64,000 bases of DNA from Octopus vulgaris (Eukaryota): the NCBI GenBank assembly GCA_951406725.2, contig OX597814.1, forward strand, positions 61,380,001 through 61,444,000, written 5' to 3'. The translations under genes and the position numbers were made by a program. A model generated the notes under the pieces. That model had not been told where the DNA came from. It saw nothing but the letters and a program-made list of their open reading frames with translations, and made no database searches. This document shows positions 51,913 to 64,000 of this stretch, piece after piece. Within the stretch, counting starts at the first letter, position 1; every line of letters begins with the position of its first letter.

Positions 51913-52891
51913 TAATAATTGAAATTTGTTAAAATAAGCAGATACATACACATTTGCAATGGTCTTCATAATTACAGGTGTGAAAGTAGGTATGGAAGAA
52001 AAAGGAAAACACGAGAAATGAACCTGAAAATGATACTTTGTCTAGTAGCTTATAAAACAAAGCGTTATAGGAAATAATTCTTTATAGAAATACCTATATA
52101 ATTAAGATAATGCAAGAAACCCTACAGATCTATAATATGTTGGATACCTTTACAATATAACTTTTCATGTTTTAGAAGCAACAAACTGATGAAAGACTTC
52201 AAAAAATTATGAATATAAATTTATATACATTCTTTCAAATGTTTGCTTTGACAAAGGTCTACTGCAACAAAAGTCTGCATATTAAAAGGGCACTTACAAC
52301 TATCTTGTAAACTTGAGAATAATGTCAATATTGATAGAAAGTATATCTTTATTCTGGCTTATGCCATGAAGGTATAATAACTTTATATGGTAGTGTATTT
52401 ATGCTAAAATTATATACAGTTCCATAAACAGATAATTATTAAAACTACTACTAATATTGAGTTCACAAACACATTCCAACACAAGAACATGGTTGAAACT
52501 TTGGCATCAAAATCTCCAGCATAGTTGTTTGAGGTTGAAATAGAAAATTATGTACTATTGTGCAGATTTACTGCCCAGCAAATGCAAGACGAATTGTTCA
52601 TTTAAAGTCAGTGAGAAAGAGAATATGTACAGACAACTACTTCGAAACTTACTGTATCTTCAGTTAGATCATAAATTCATTTTGCAGTTGCATTTGATAA
52701 CATCAATGAGAGAGAGACTTTTGAAAAGTTAAGTTCAACTTTTGTTCTTTAGGTCTAGGTCCATCATAATGAAACGGACTTATAGTCAAAGACATTACAG
52801 TTGTGGCAAACTTGTCTTTCTCCCATATATAGTGTTTGGTTCTATATTATCTAGAGTCTCCTTTACTTAAGAAAGTAGTAAATTTTCTTAA

Positions 52892-53112
52892 CCCTTTCGT
52901 TACTGTATTTATTTTGAGATGCTCTGTGTTTCTTTCAATTATTTTAAATATAACAAAGAATTGAGTAAAATAACATAGTTATCATTCAGCAAGTATTATG
53001 AACATAAATTGTGACTAAGGTTTGGTGGTATATTTTAATGCAAAACTTATGAAAACAAGACATTTGTATTACAGAGCCAGAGCCGGTTTTGGCCGGGTTG
53101 GTAACGAAAGGG
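52892..53112. mobile_element. piggyBac-like MITE family 1, intact termini
   Basis: TTAA|CCCTTTCGTTAC ... GTAACGAAAGGG|TTAA: perfect 12-bp TIR and TTAA TSD. Confidence 0.9.
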
Positions 53113-53202
53113 TTAATTACAAATCAATACCTTTTGTATGATGAATTAAAAGATTCCTCTTGCAATAAAGTACATTTGTTGCAATACAGTATGTCATGTT
53201 AA

Positions 53203-53421
53203 CCCTTTAGTATTTAAACCGGCCATATCCGGCCAAAATATTTAATCTGTTTTATGTTCAAACTGACCAGATCCAGGCCCTCACACCTACCCTACAATGT
53301 TATTCTACATTAAGTAATTATACCATCAAGATCTTGAAGATATGAGATAATGCATGATTAATTCAAATCAATGGGAATCAATAAGCATTATGTTTGATAG
53401 AATAATCTGAACACTAAAGGG
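53203..53421. mobile_element. piggyBac-like MITE family 2, intact termini
   Basis: TTAA|CCCTTTAGT ... ACTAAAGGG|TTAA. Confidence 0.88.
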
Positions 53422-53682
53422 TTAAGATGAAGCAAGTGATTTAACATTTGTAGCCTTTGTAACTTTTATAGACCATAAGTGTAAATACACAAAACACACA
53501 CACTTGATGAGTTTTTTTCAGTTTCTATATACTAAATTCATCAAGAAGACATTAATTGGCCCATGATTATAATGGAAGAGACTTTCCCAAAGTGCTGCTT
53601 GGTGGAACATTTTAACTTTTTAACCACACAACCATACTTACATCTACACAGCAATGCTGTGTGTGTGTACACACACACACAC

Positions 53683-54833
53683 ATTCATCATAGTCCTCCA
53701 GGCAATAATAGAGGAATTCAAAACAGGCTGTTGATGACCTTGCTCTTATAGCTAAGTCACTACCAGAACTAGAGAAGAAGTTAACCTAGCAAAAACCAAA
53801 GTCTTAGTAAGTAGGAAGGCAGACAAATCACATATCCCTGCAGGTAGATGGCCCTGCTCGATCTGTAGAAAAGGCGTAGGTAGAAACTCCATAAGATGTA
53901 CTCAGTGTAAGCTATGGACACATATGAGGTGCAGCAATATCAAAGGAAAGTTAACCGGGAAGATAGTTTTGTGTGGCAGATGCACAGGGGCAATAAACAC
54001 TGAAGATGTGCAGAAAACAGTTTCCATCACATGTCACGGGGGAAAAACTAGAAGTAGTTGATTGCTTCCATTACCTAGGTGACCAAGTCAGTCGCAGGGG
54101 TGGATGCCCTGAGCGCATAGCTGCTAGAATAAGAATAGCAGGGTAAAGTTCAGAGAGCTCCTACCCCTGCTGGTAACAAAGGGCCTCTCGCTCAGAATGA
54201 AAGGTAGACTGTATGATGCCTTACTACATGGCAGTGAAACATGGGCTTTGACTGCTGAGGACATGCGTAGGCTTGAAAGAAATGAAGCTATTGTTCTCTG
54301 CTGGATGTGTAATGTCAGTGTGCATGCACGACTGAAAGAAAAGTTGCACATAAGCATTAGATGGAGTGTGCAACACAGACAACTGCACTGGTATAGTCAT
54401 GTGTTGCGTATGGATGATGACAGCTGTGTGAAGAAGTGTGATACCCTAATAGTGGAGGGAACCTGTGGAAAAGGTAAACCCAGGAAGACCTGGGATGAGG
54501 TGATGAAGCACGACCTTCGAATGTTGGGCCTTACAGAGGCAATGACAAGCAACCAAGACCTTTGGAGATATGCTGTTCTTGAGAAAATCTGGCAAGCCAA
54601 GTGAGATCATAGTTGTGGCCGATGCCAGTGCTACCTGACTGGCACCCGTACTGGTGGCATATAAAGAGCATCTACTACACTCTCGAAGTGGTTGGCAATA
54701 GGTAGGGCATCCAGCTGTAGAAACCTTGCCAAATCAGATTGGAGCCTGGTGCAGCCTCCTGGCTTGCCAGTCCTCAATCAAACCATCTAACCCATGCCAG
54801 CATAGAAAGCAGACGTTAAACAATAACGATGAT
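53683..54833 (+). mobile_element. 5'-truncated RTE LINE (same family as 2222-6077) in Khc intron 3
   Basis: Colinear with 4490-6060 including the C4HC3 finger, HGSETW and GKPRKTW, with frameshifts; shared 3' tail. Confidence 0.92.
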
Positions 54834-55765
54834 GTGTGTGTGTATAATTATATATTTGTGTGTGTGTATGTATATTATATGCAGTCTTGATAGATATAGT
54901 TATTTAAAAAGGAATCTAAGGAAGCAGAAGATGCACTGTTTCATATTCAAACTTGGAATTGGACTACTGATGGATTTAAATACACGCTTTTCTTTCTCCA
55001 CTTAGACCTTTTCTTCAGTATTCCTATTTTCATCCTTTAGCTCCACTTTCACCTCAATTTTTCCCACCACCACACATTTGCCCACCTCTCTCCCTCCTTT
55101 CATTTCTCTTTTCTTCTCCACCCTACATATATAAGCTCAAATAGTCTTGCAGTCCCTGTCAAGTGCAGTCAGTTTCTCAGACATGCAAGGTGTACAACTC
55201 TGCTGTCTTTCATTTATTTCCTTCCTGTCATCTTTACTCTCAAGCCTATGCCAAAACCATTAGATACTCCGCTCACTACAAAACACTCTTCCTTTTGTTT
55301 TGGACATCCAACTGTAAAAAAAACATACCAAAGTAGACAACATTTAGTGTAGTCTTCTGACTTGCCAGCTCTTACCAAACTGCCCAGCACATCATGCCAG
55401 TATGGAAAACGGACATTAAATGATGATAGACATACACACATACATGTGTATGTATGGCTATCTATGTGATAAACATACGTAAATATGTGTTTAGGCTCCT
55501 TTCACTTTCGTCTGCACAGCTATATGTATCGTATTTTGCCAAGTGTTATTAGAATCTATAGTAGAATAAGAAAAAAGTTCTGTAAAGTGGTTGCCATTAA
55601 GAAAGCTATCCAGTATCAGAAACCATGCCAAAACAGATATTGGAGCTCACTGCTATCTTCCATTGCATCCTGTCAAGCTATCCAACCCATGCCAGCATGA
55701 AAGAAGGATATTAAATGAATATGACGTGTATGTGTATATTGGGTGAGTGGATAGATATGTGTGTA

Positions 55766-55790
<25 letters not shown>

Positions 55791-55801
<11 letters not shown>

Positions 55802-56130
55802 CAGTTTTAGAGACAGAACCACCTTCAACTCAATCAACACTGAAAGATATATAAGAGGTAGGGGTAGTGAAAATTATTGAGGAATCCAGACCTGAAGATT
55901 GGGAGTATGTCAACCCGATTAAGTATTGAAACTAGATACCTGTTATCTAATCAATACTGGCGTACTTTCATGAAATACGTGTAGTCTTATAAATGGAAAA
56001 TACGGGATTCAGAATAGATATAGTTAGTATAAGATTTAATATTTTACATTTTATGGAGTGGTCGGGTATAAAATCATTCAGTGTTGATTGAGTTGAAGGT
56101 GGTTCTCTCTCTAAAACTACTTTTATATAT
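55791..56130. mobile_element. TIR-bounded ~340-bp element in (TA)n with internal hammerhead motif
   Basis: 42-bp inverted repeats 55803-55844 and 56077-56118 (1 mismatch), extending into TA tracts. Confidence 0.85.
55882..56010 (+). ncRNA. Type-I minimal hammerhead ribozyme motif (sense to Khc)
   Basis: agac-CTGAAGA (55892-55898), 13-bp helix II, GAAA-T-ACGT-G-TA (55972-55983), gtct; palindromic ACGT loop; U.U at the helix II base. Confidence 0.6.
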
Positions 56131-56940
56131 ACGAATTAAACATTTAGAGATGTTCATTGTAGTACATCTAATTTGAATGTCTTTTTCCAGTGTACTCGGA
56201 AGTAATATTCCCTAATAATTATAAAATAATGTGTGTGTGTTTCAGAATGTGTTGACCACTCATTATAGTTCATGTATTTTTTCATTACTTTTCCCACAAA
56301 GTGACCCCACTGCAAATAGCTATTTAGATAAAAGAAAAACATTATTACAGCTGCAATTTTTAGTCTAATTTGCATTGCCTGCATTTGTTGTTTGCATGCT
56401 CATAGAAGTTATAAATATTTATGCACATCACATCTACTGAAAAACATAAAGCATATTTTTATCTTAGTAATTAATGTATGTTTGTTTGTGTGTGTTTTGT
56501 ATAGGTAAGAAGTTCATTTCCCACCCACGTGGTTTCACATTATCCCATTGTGTCTCTCCTTCAGCAAGTGCCTACTCTAATCCTGGGCTAACCAAAGCCT
56601 TGTAAGTGGATTTGTTGGAAACTGAAAGAAACCCTTTGTATTCATTTGGTCTATTTCTGTTTTCCATCCTAGCATGGTTTAGATGTATCTATTACTGAGG
56701 CATTGTTTTACAGCTGGATCTCCTTCTTACTGCTCGCCCTTATAACCCTTACCTGATTTTCAAATAAGGGATCTCTTATTTTACATGTTTTCAAAAGCTT
56801 AAAGCAAACAGATAACTTACTGTCAGAAGTGACAGCAACAAGAGTGCTTGTTTCAAGTGACTTTCCTAGAGCAGAAATAAAAACAGATACACTGATGCAC
56901 ACACATAAAAAGATAGATAGATAGATATTGATACTCAGTA

Positions 56941-57150
56941 AGGTGGTGAGCTGGCAGAAATGTTAGCATGCCAGGCGAAATGCTTAACAATATTTCGACT
57001 GTCTTATGTTCTGAGTTCAAATTCCGTCATGGTCAACTTTGCCTTTCGTCCTTTCAGGGTTGATAAATTAAGTACCAGTTGCGTACTGGGGTCGATCTAA
57101 TCGACTGGCCCTTTCCCCAAAAATTTTAGGCTTCATACCTAGAACAGAAA
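56941..57150 (+). mobile_element. SINE family A copy with 18-bp TSD
   Basis: AGATATTG(A/G)TACTCAGTA at 56923-56940 and 57151-57168. Confidence 0.88.
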
Positions 57151-57918
57151 AGATATTGGTACTCAGTATTCATCAACATTTCTATTTAATGTTGTCTACT
57201 GTTGTGCATCTTCTGTTCCTCCTCGCACATGTTTTCTCAGTTGATCTGTCAGTATAGAATAACTATTTGGAAATCAAATTTGCAAAGTTTTGCAAATATA
57301 GATACATAAATTGCATCGATATGTATTGTGTCTTCATTGATTGTAGATTCCATTGGGAACTGTTTAGCTTGGAATGAGGATTGATCTGACCAATTTTAAT
57401 ATGTAATTATTTATCAGTATTCACTCAAGTTACTCTCCAAAGTTGCTGAGCATAAGTACTGGAAGATTATTTTTTTTAAAGTCATCAACCATATCTTGTT
57501 ATGTCAATGAGTTGTACCTTGCATATGTTAGCATTTTTATAGATAGTTATCTCCTTATTTACATTCTTAGTAGTTTGGAAAGAAGGAAGCAGATCATGAT
57601 GAACTTTCAAGTAATAATGAAACTAGTTAGATCAGCCTTCATTGTAAATTGTTTAAAAGGCCTTCGTGAGGCCTAATTTCACAGCCACATTAAATCCATA
57701 TGTACAGGGGCCTCTATATTTTTTACTTTGCCGAATGGATATTTCTGTAATAAAGACTCTATTTCTAGTATTTCAATTAAGTATTCAAATACAAAGTTCC
57801 TGCCAACTGCAGTTGGCTTATTAAAAATAGCTGTGAAAAAGTGGTTTATATGTTTAAACAAATTTGATTTTCTTTTGAATTTTATCAATTTATTATGTTC
57901 TTTCTTTGAAATTGTTAG

Positions 57919-58023
57919 GGTGTCCTTGGTAAACCCTCAATGCACGGTATCATTCCACGTATTGTGCAAGATATCTTTAATTACATTTATGGGATGGATG
58001 AGAACTTGGAATTTCATATCAAG
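57919..58023 (+). CDS. Khc: Kinesin-1 heavy chain exon 4 (aa 97-131)
   Basis: [35 protein letters not shown]; TAG acceptor, GTAAGA donor; 105 nt. Confidence 0.97.
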
Positions 58024-58690
58024 GTAAGATTCATTTCTCCTACTAATCTAGTTCATTTTGCTTATTAATCAATGTCCAGTCTCAAACTAGGCTTGTATTG
58101 TGAGTTGACGTCTGTTGTATCAGAAAAATGTTGACACACAAAGAATGCTTTTCTAAGCATGCAAGATAGAAGCTGATGTATTTCAGACTTGGTGAAAAAC
58201 CTATCAATATTTTTATGGCTTTTCATGCCATACTATTACTCTTTCAGTGTGCTTGACTTGCTGACTTTCTAATACTTTAATAGAACTCACTAAAGCCAAG
58301 TATTTTTTAATGTTATTAAATAATTTTCTCCAGTGTTTATATAAAGGCTCAGAGATGATTAAAATGATATATATCTAAGTGTTTATATTCTAATAGCTCA
58401 TGCTGAGTTATTTGACAAAAGTGGATACAATTAACTAACATAGCTAATTAAAGATATTGTTGTTACTATTTTCACATATTAGGAACTGTGCAAAATAATT
58501 CATCTTAAATTAATATTAATTATAATTTCCTTTATATAGTTTTCATGTATTTATTAAACCTATATCTATGAAACATTGATTTAAAAAGAGAGAACTCTTC
58601 CTGTTTACTTACAATAAAATTTACAATATTTATGAAATAATGTTTCTTGAATAATGTGTGTCTAATTTTTTTTTTCTTCATTATTTATAG

Positions 58691-58739
58691 ATTTCATATT
58701 ATGAAATTTATTTGGACAAAATCAGAGATCTGTTAGATG
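58691..58739 (+). CDS. Khc: Kinesin-1 heavy chain exon 5 (aa 132-148)
   Basis: ISYYEIYLDKIRDLLD; TAG acceptor, GTAAAT donor; 49 nt. Confidence 0.96.
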
Positions 58740-59139
58740 GTAAATATTAAATGAAAATTTTATATATATTTTGTTGGTGGTTAGATCCTGAGAATGGTTC
58801 CCTGACTTTTTGGAACTATTGTTTTGCTTTCATAATATCAAATGGTAAAATTTGTGTGATAGTACTCGTGTGTGTGTGTGTGTGTATTATGGATTCTTTT
58901 TCTTTCTTGATAATTTCTTAAGCCATTGGTTTTAGTTTATCATAAACAGTTTTTAATAAAAGAAATGAGTTTAACTTCTATTTTTCAATGAAATTTTAAT
59001 TAGTATTTACTAAAATCATTAATATTTTTTTAATTAAAAATCTTATTCATTAAAAAGGGTGACCCAATTCTTATAAGTTTCTTTGATTTCATCCATGGCT
59101 TGTATTTTCATACCTAAAGCTTATCATTTTCCATTTCAG

Positions 59140-59195
59140 TTACTAAAACTAACCTTTCTGTCCATGAAGACAAAAACCGTGTCCCATATGTTAAG
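59140..59195 (+). CDS. Khc: Kinesin-1 heavy chain exon 6 (aa 148-166)
   Basis: VTKTNLSVHEDKNRVPYVK; CAG acceptor, GTATGT donor; 56 nt. Confidence 0.96.
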
Positions 59196-59312
59196 GTATG
59201 TGAAAATTTATGCCAAAATTCTCATTTATCCAAATATTTTACCTATCTTATTGAAATTTATATTTTTATTGTATTTTCTAAATTTTGAAATTTATTATCT
59301 TTTGTTTTAAAG

Positions 59313-59400
59313 GGAGCAACAGAGAGATTTGTATCAAGCCCCGAAGAGGTTATGGAGGTCATAGATGAAGGCAAAAACAACAGACACGTAGCTGTGACAA
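59313..59400 (+). CDS. Khc: Kinesin-1 heavy chain exon 7 (aa 167-196)
   Basis: [29 protein letters not shown]; AAG acceptor, GTAAGT donor; 88 nt. Confidence 0.97.
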
Positions 59401-59828
59401 GTAAGTGTACTTACTTTTGAGAGAGCATTAATAGAATAATGATAACTTTTCAATGGATAATAATTCTTGTCATACCATCTGACATATGACTTATTACACC
59501 ATATATTAGATGTAGTAGGTTACATTCTTGTTATTGTTTTGTATATACATGATTAAGATCTTTTGATGGATTCATCTTTATCTGTTTCAACAAGTGTAAA
59601 TGGTTTGAAGAAAATGTTAGAATTCAGTTTTATAGTGAGCAAGTATTTTGTGGTGTATGTTTATGCATTAAATTATTTAATTATAACATTTCAAGAATTT
59701 GATGGTCTATTAAATATACTCCACTAATTATTTAAATTAGAAAACTTTAAATGATGTTATTAAATATTAATTATCTTATGTATTTTAAATTATTTAGATA
59801 TTGAATATCCTAATAAAAAAGAAATTAA

Positions 59829-60029
<201 letters not shown>

Positions 60030-60289
60030 TGAGCATTATGCAATTTCTTGCTGATTAACCTGCATAGATGATTTACTTATAGTGAGTAGATATTTGTCCT
60101 GTACAGTAACTCACGCTCTCCTTCAAATTGATATTACCTGAACAGGTGCACAGTATGCCACACATCAGTTGTTGAAGTGATTGCAGAGAGCGAAATGAAG
60201 TGTTTTACTCAAGAACATAATGCACCACCTGGTCCATGATCTTGCAATCTATGCATATATGCATATGAATTAAGTTTCTGCAACACCTT

Positions 60290-60625
60290 TTGAGTGCTAG
60301 GCCTCATGGAGGCAATGACAAATGACTGAGACCTTTGGCAATATACTGTGCTTGAGAAGGAAGATCCACCAAGCCAGGAGAAATTGTAATTGTGACAGAT
60401 ACTGGTATCACACAACTGGCACCAATGCTGGTGGCACATAAAAGCACTGATTACATTCCTGCAGTGGTTAGCATTAGGAAGGGCATCCAGCTGTAGAAAC
60501 CATGCCAAATCAGACTAAATTCTGATGAAGCAGCTCCCCCTCCCCTTCCCAGCTTACCAGCCCTAGTCACATCATCCAACCCATGCCAGCATGAACAAAT
60601 GGATGCTAAAGGATGATGATGATGC
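60290..60625 (+). mobile_element. RTE LINE 3' end fragment in intron 8
   Basis: Matches ORF end and 3' UTR (TTAGGAAGGGCATCCAGCTGTAGAAAC ... CCAACCCATGCCAGCATG, GAT tail). Confidence 0.8.
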
Positions 60626-60854
60626 CCGAAGAATTATAGGTAACCTTTGAGTATTATTTGCTAGAAAAACAGCTGACAATATTTAGAACTGTTATTTTAT
60701 TTACATTCTATAAGGCTCTCTCTAAATTTGTGTGTGGTGGGGTGGGGATAAACATTTGAACCTGTCAAAAATAGGAATGGCATGAAATGAACAGAACTTT
60801 TTATTCTTTTCTTTTTTTTGTTTTATAATTTAAGTTATTTTCTTGCTTTTGTAG

Positions 60855-61055
<201 letters not shown>

Positions 61056-61059
61056 TAAA

Positions 61060-61264
61060 ATGGCAAGCTGGCAGAATCATCAGCATGCCTAACAACATGC
61101 TTAGTGGAATTTTGTTCATCTTTACATTCTGAGTTCAAATTCTACCATGGTCAACTTTGCTTTTCATCCTTTCTGGGTTGATGAAATCAGTACAAGTTGA
61201 GTATTGGGGTTGACAAGCCCTGTCCTCCAAAATTTCAGCCCGTGTGCCTATAGTAGGAAGGATT
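61060..61264 (+). mobile_element. SINE family A copy in intron 9
   Basis: GCTGGCAGAATC head, GAGTTCAAATTC, central domain, TGTGCCTATAGTAG tail. Confidence 0.85.
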
Positions 61265-61586
61265 ATCAACAAAAATTTATTCAAGTAACCTATTAGTGTT
61301 GATACTTGTAATAGTCTCTTTTCTTTTCCTATCCATTCATGTTCAGAGGAGCATTTGCTGTATTTGTCGCTTATTGAATTCCATTGGTACAGTTAAAATG
61401 ATCAATTACCCTGTCACATAATGGAAGCTCTCCTCCAAATATTTATCACTTTTGACCCTCATCCTCATTACCAGTTTAATTAACTGTTTTTGAATTATTT
61501 CAAATGAATAAATTTTCAATGATTGTAAATCTCTCTTTTATTAATACATTTAAAAATGTTTTGCCTTGATCATCTGTTTCTCACAG

Positions 61587-61735
61587 AAATCACATGTACC
61601 ATACAGAGATAGTAAATTAACCAGAATTTTGCAAGAAAGTTTGGGTGGTAACGCCCGAACTACAATGGTTATCTGTTGCTCCCCTGCCTCTTATAATGAA
61701 TCTGAGACAAAATCCACTTTACTTTTTGGTCAAAG
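61587..61735 (+). CDS. Khc: Kinesin-1 heavy chain exon 10 (aa 273-322)
   Basis: [50 protein letters not shown]; CAG acceptor, GTAAGC donor; 149 nt. Confidence 0.98.
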
Positions 61736-63016
61736 GTAAGCAGATATTTACTTTTTTCTTTACCTTTTCTTTTTTTTTGTTTTTACAATTGTAACAATCT
61801 GTATTGATTATCAACTAGCTTTTAAACTTCTGAATATTAAGCATGGGAAAACATTTTTAAGTATAGTTGAAAAAAAATTGTACTAGTAATCACATTGATA
61901 TTGTTTGATGGTAAAGATATTGTTATAAAACTGGACCTACAAAAAGTACCTATTTGAATTCCAATATGTAGAAGAGGAATATCACAAGTTTAGTGAGGAT
62001 TAGTATTAATGTCAAAATATTTGTCACTGTTTAAAAAGATCAACTTTTTTTTTCATCTCTAAGATACTGACAGTTGTTATAGTTCTCCCATAAAAAGTAT
62101 TTGGTATATGAAAATTAGTTTATAACATTCATATGATTGTCTGATGTCCAGTTTTGAGATGTATCACAAGGCATTCAATACTTATAACTCCTCTCAAGGT
62201 ATAGGCTTACCTTAGATAGTTAATATTTTAGTGTGATTTTAAAACAATAATTTAGGTTTCATGTAACTGAATTTTGATGATTTAAAAAGAATAAACAGCT
62301 TCCTTGCCTCTAGAACCACAGAAACTCCCCTAAAATCTAAACAAATAAACTGAAATTATCATTTCTGAGGCCAAGTTATTTTTCACCCTTTTTTCTTTCT
62401 TCAAATCAGAATTAGACAAATTGATACTTTAGTGACTATTAGTCATCCAAACTGGTATTAGGGTATTTATAATCTGAGAGCTGAATTGATAAGGTGTCAG
62501 ATTTTAAACTTAAGAATCCACTGCTAATATCCCATCATGAGCACTAAACAATGTCTGATGGTTACAACACTTCTAAAACAAACATAAAAGTTTCCATACA
62601 CCGACTTCTAAATCTAAGCCTTCAGCTGGAAGCAATACAGGAATGCAACAGGTTACTTTACAATGCTGATTTTAAAATCTCTTTGTGAGTGTTGCTTTGA
62701 AAACAAGAAGATTTGCAAAGCTGACTTGCAGGAGATACATGCAAACAAATGAGTTACACATGCTATATAGAATTTTTATAATTCTCTTTATCTTTCAGTT
62801 GGCATAAAATTAAAATGCGGTATTAATCAATAAAAATAATGTTCTAATGTATATGTCACCAAACATTTGCAACACTTGATCAGATACATTTTCATTTTGC
62901 TTTCTCTGCTATCGATAATTGTTTAGTGTTGTAAATTCAAGTATTTACATGAATTATGTGATTATTATATATTTTATTTGCAAAATGTAATCTTGTATTT
63001 CTTGTGTGTTTGACAG

Positions 63017-63165
63017 AGCCAAGACAATCAAGAATGTTGTGTCTGTCAATGAAGAATTGACAGCTGATGAATGGAAGAGAAGATATGAGAAGGAAAAAGA
63101 AAAATGTACCAAATTGAAGGCTACATTGGCACGGTTAGAGAGTGAATTGCAGAAATGGAGAACTG
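63017..63165 (+). CDS. Khc: Kinesin-1 heavy chain exon 11 (aa 322-372, neck linker and neck coil); gene continues beyond window
   Basis: [50 protein letters not shown]; CAG acceptor, GTAAGA donor; 149 nt; reading frame consistent across all 11 exons. Confidence 0.97.
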
Positions 63166-64000
63166 GTAAGATACATTTTTGTAAAATTTTCTTCTGTTTT
63201 GACTTAGAAAATCTTCAGATAATATAAAATCTATTTTAAGAAAAATGTTCAATGATTTATTCAATCTTTATTTAGAATCTGTGTGTATTCATATGCACTT
63301 GCTTACTCAACCCATTTGATATTAACTTGTATGAGATCCTCTCTGTTCTATGATTGGGAGCTTCTTATTTTAAATTGCCCATCATTTTTACTAAAAACAT
63401 CAGCTTAATTATAACAAATTTAGTTATTTTATCAATCCCATCTAAATTCTTTGTTATAGACAGCAGATGAGATACAGAGATTCTCAGAATAGAACACACT
63501 TAGTAGCATTCATAAAATATAGGATTATGAAAATGTTCAGCCTTTTTACATTAGTAATAACCTAGAAGCGAGTTATTTCTATTTTCTTCTCTGTTAGCTT
63601 CAATTTTTGAAATGTTCATTTCTGTATTTCAAGCTTATACAGTGTATTTTGTCAGTTACATTGATAGAAGCATATATAAGATTTGAATTGTTCTGGTAGG
63701 ATATCTGTCTAATCACTTGCATAAATTACTAGAAGAATATAAAAAATGTTGCTCATTGATTGAAATATGGGTGTTTCCATGTCTTCTTTCATATTAAATT
63801 TGTTTCTCTGAAACTTGTTTACATTTAGAAGAAAAACATTGTCAAAAATCTAAGGTAATTAGAATCTATGTTGGCTTTGAATTCAGTTAACTAAAAAAAA
63901 TTGTCTTAATTTTAGAAAGGATACAAGTGATAAATTGGTAGCAATAATAAAACGATTAACTAAATTTTCTAAGGTTGAATTTTATCTTATTTTTGGTGTC

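Noticed and set aside
57928-57930. G100 (GGT) as a genomically fixed edit relative to squid D
   Set aside because: Relies on a remembered squid sequence, and Gly occurs here in other kinesin-1 proteins

Overview
Eukaryotic, AT-rich, microsatellite-dense genomic DNA, most likely from an octopus (coleoid cephalopod). The window holds the promoter region and first 11 coding exons (aa 1-372: motor domain, neck linker, neck coil) of kinesin-1 heavy chain (Khc/KIF5) on the + strand. The ATG is at 12449, all introns are GT-AG, intron 1 is ~29 kb, and the gene runs past the window end. The rest is intergenic/intronic repeat: a young, internally deleted RTE LINE with a PHD-type finger inside its RT, older RTE, Penelope, HERO-like and Tx1-like fossils, three tRNA-type SINE families, TTAA piggyBac-like MITEs and a hAT-like MITE. 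Two things stand out. (1) Two intronic inverted-repeat elements carry type-I minimal hammerhead ribozyme motifs: a ~340-bp foldback with one motif per strand, and a TIR-bounded element with one internal motif. (2) Intronic segments are complementary to the exon codons recalled as cephalopod A-to-I recoding sites (S75/Y77, N117, K282), including a perfect 18-mer ~30 kb away; these are candidate long-range editing-complementary sequences. All alignments were done by eye, repeat boundaries are approximate, and literature-based statements are from memory and need verification.
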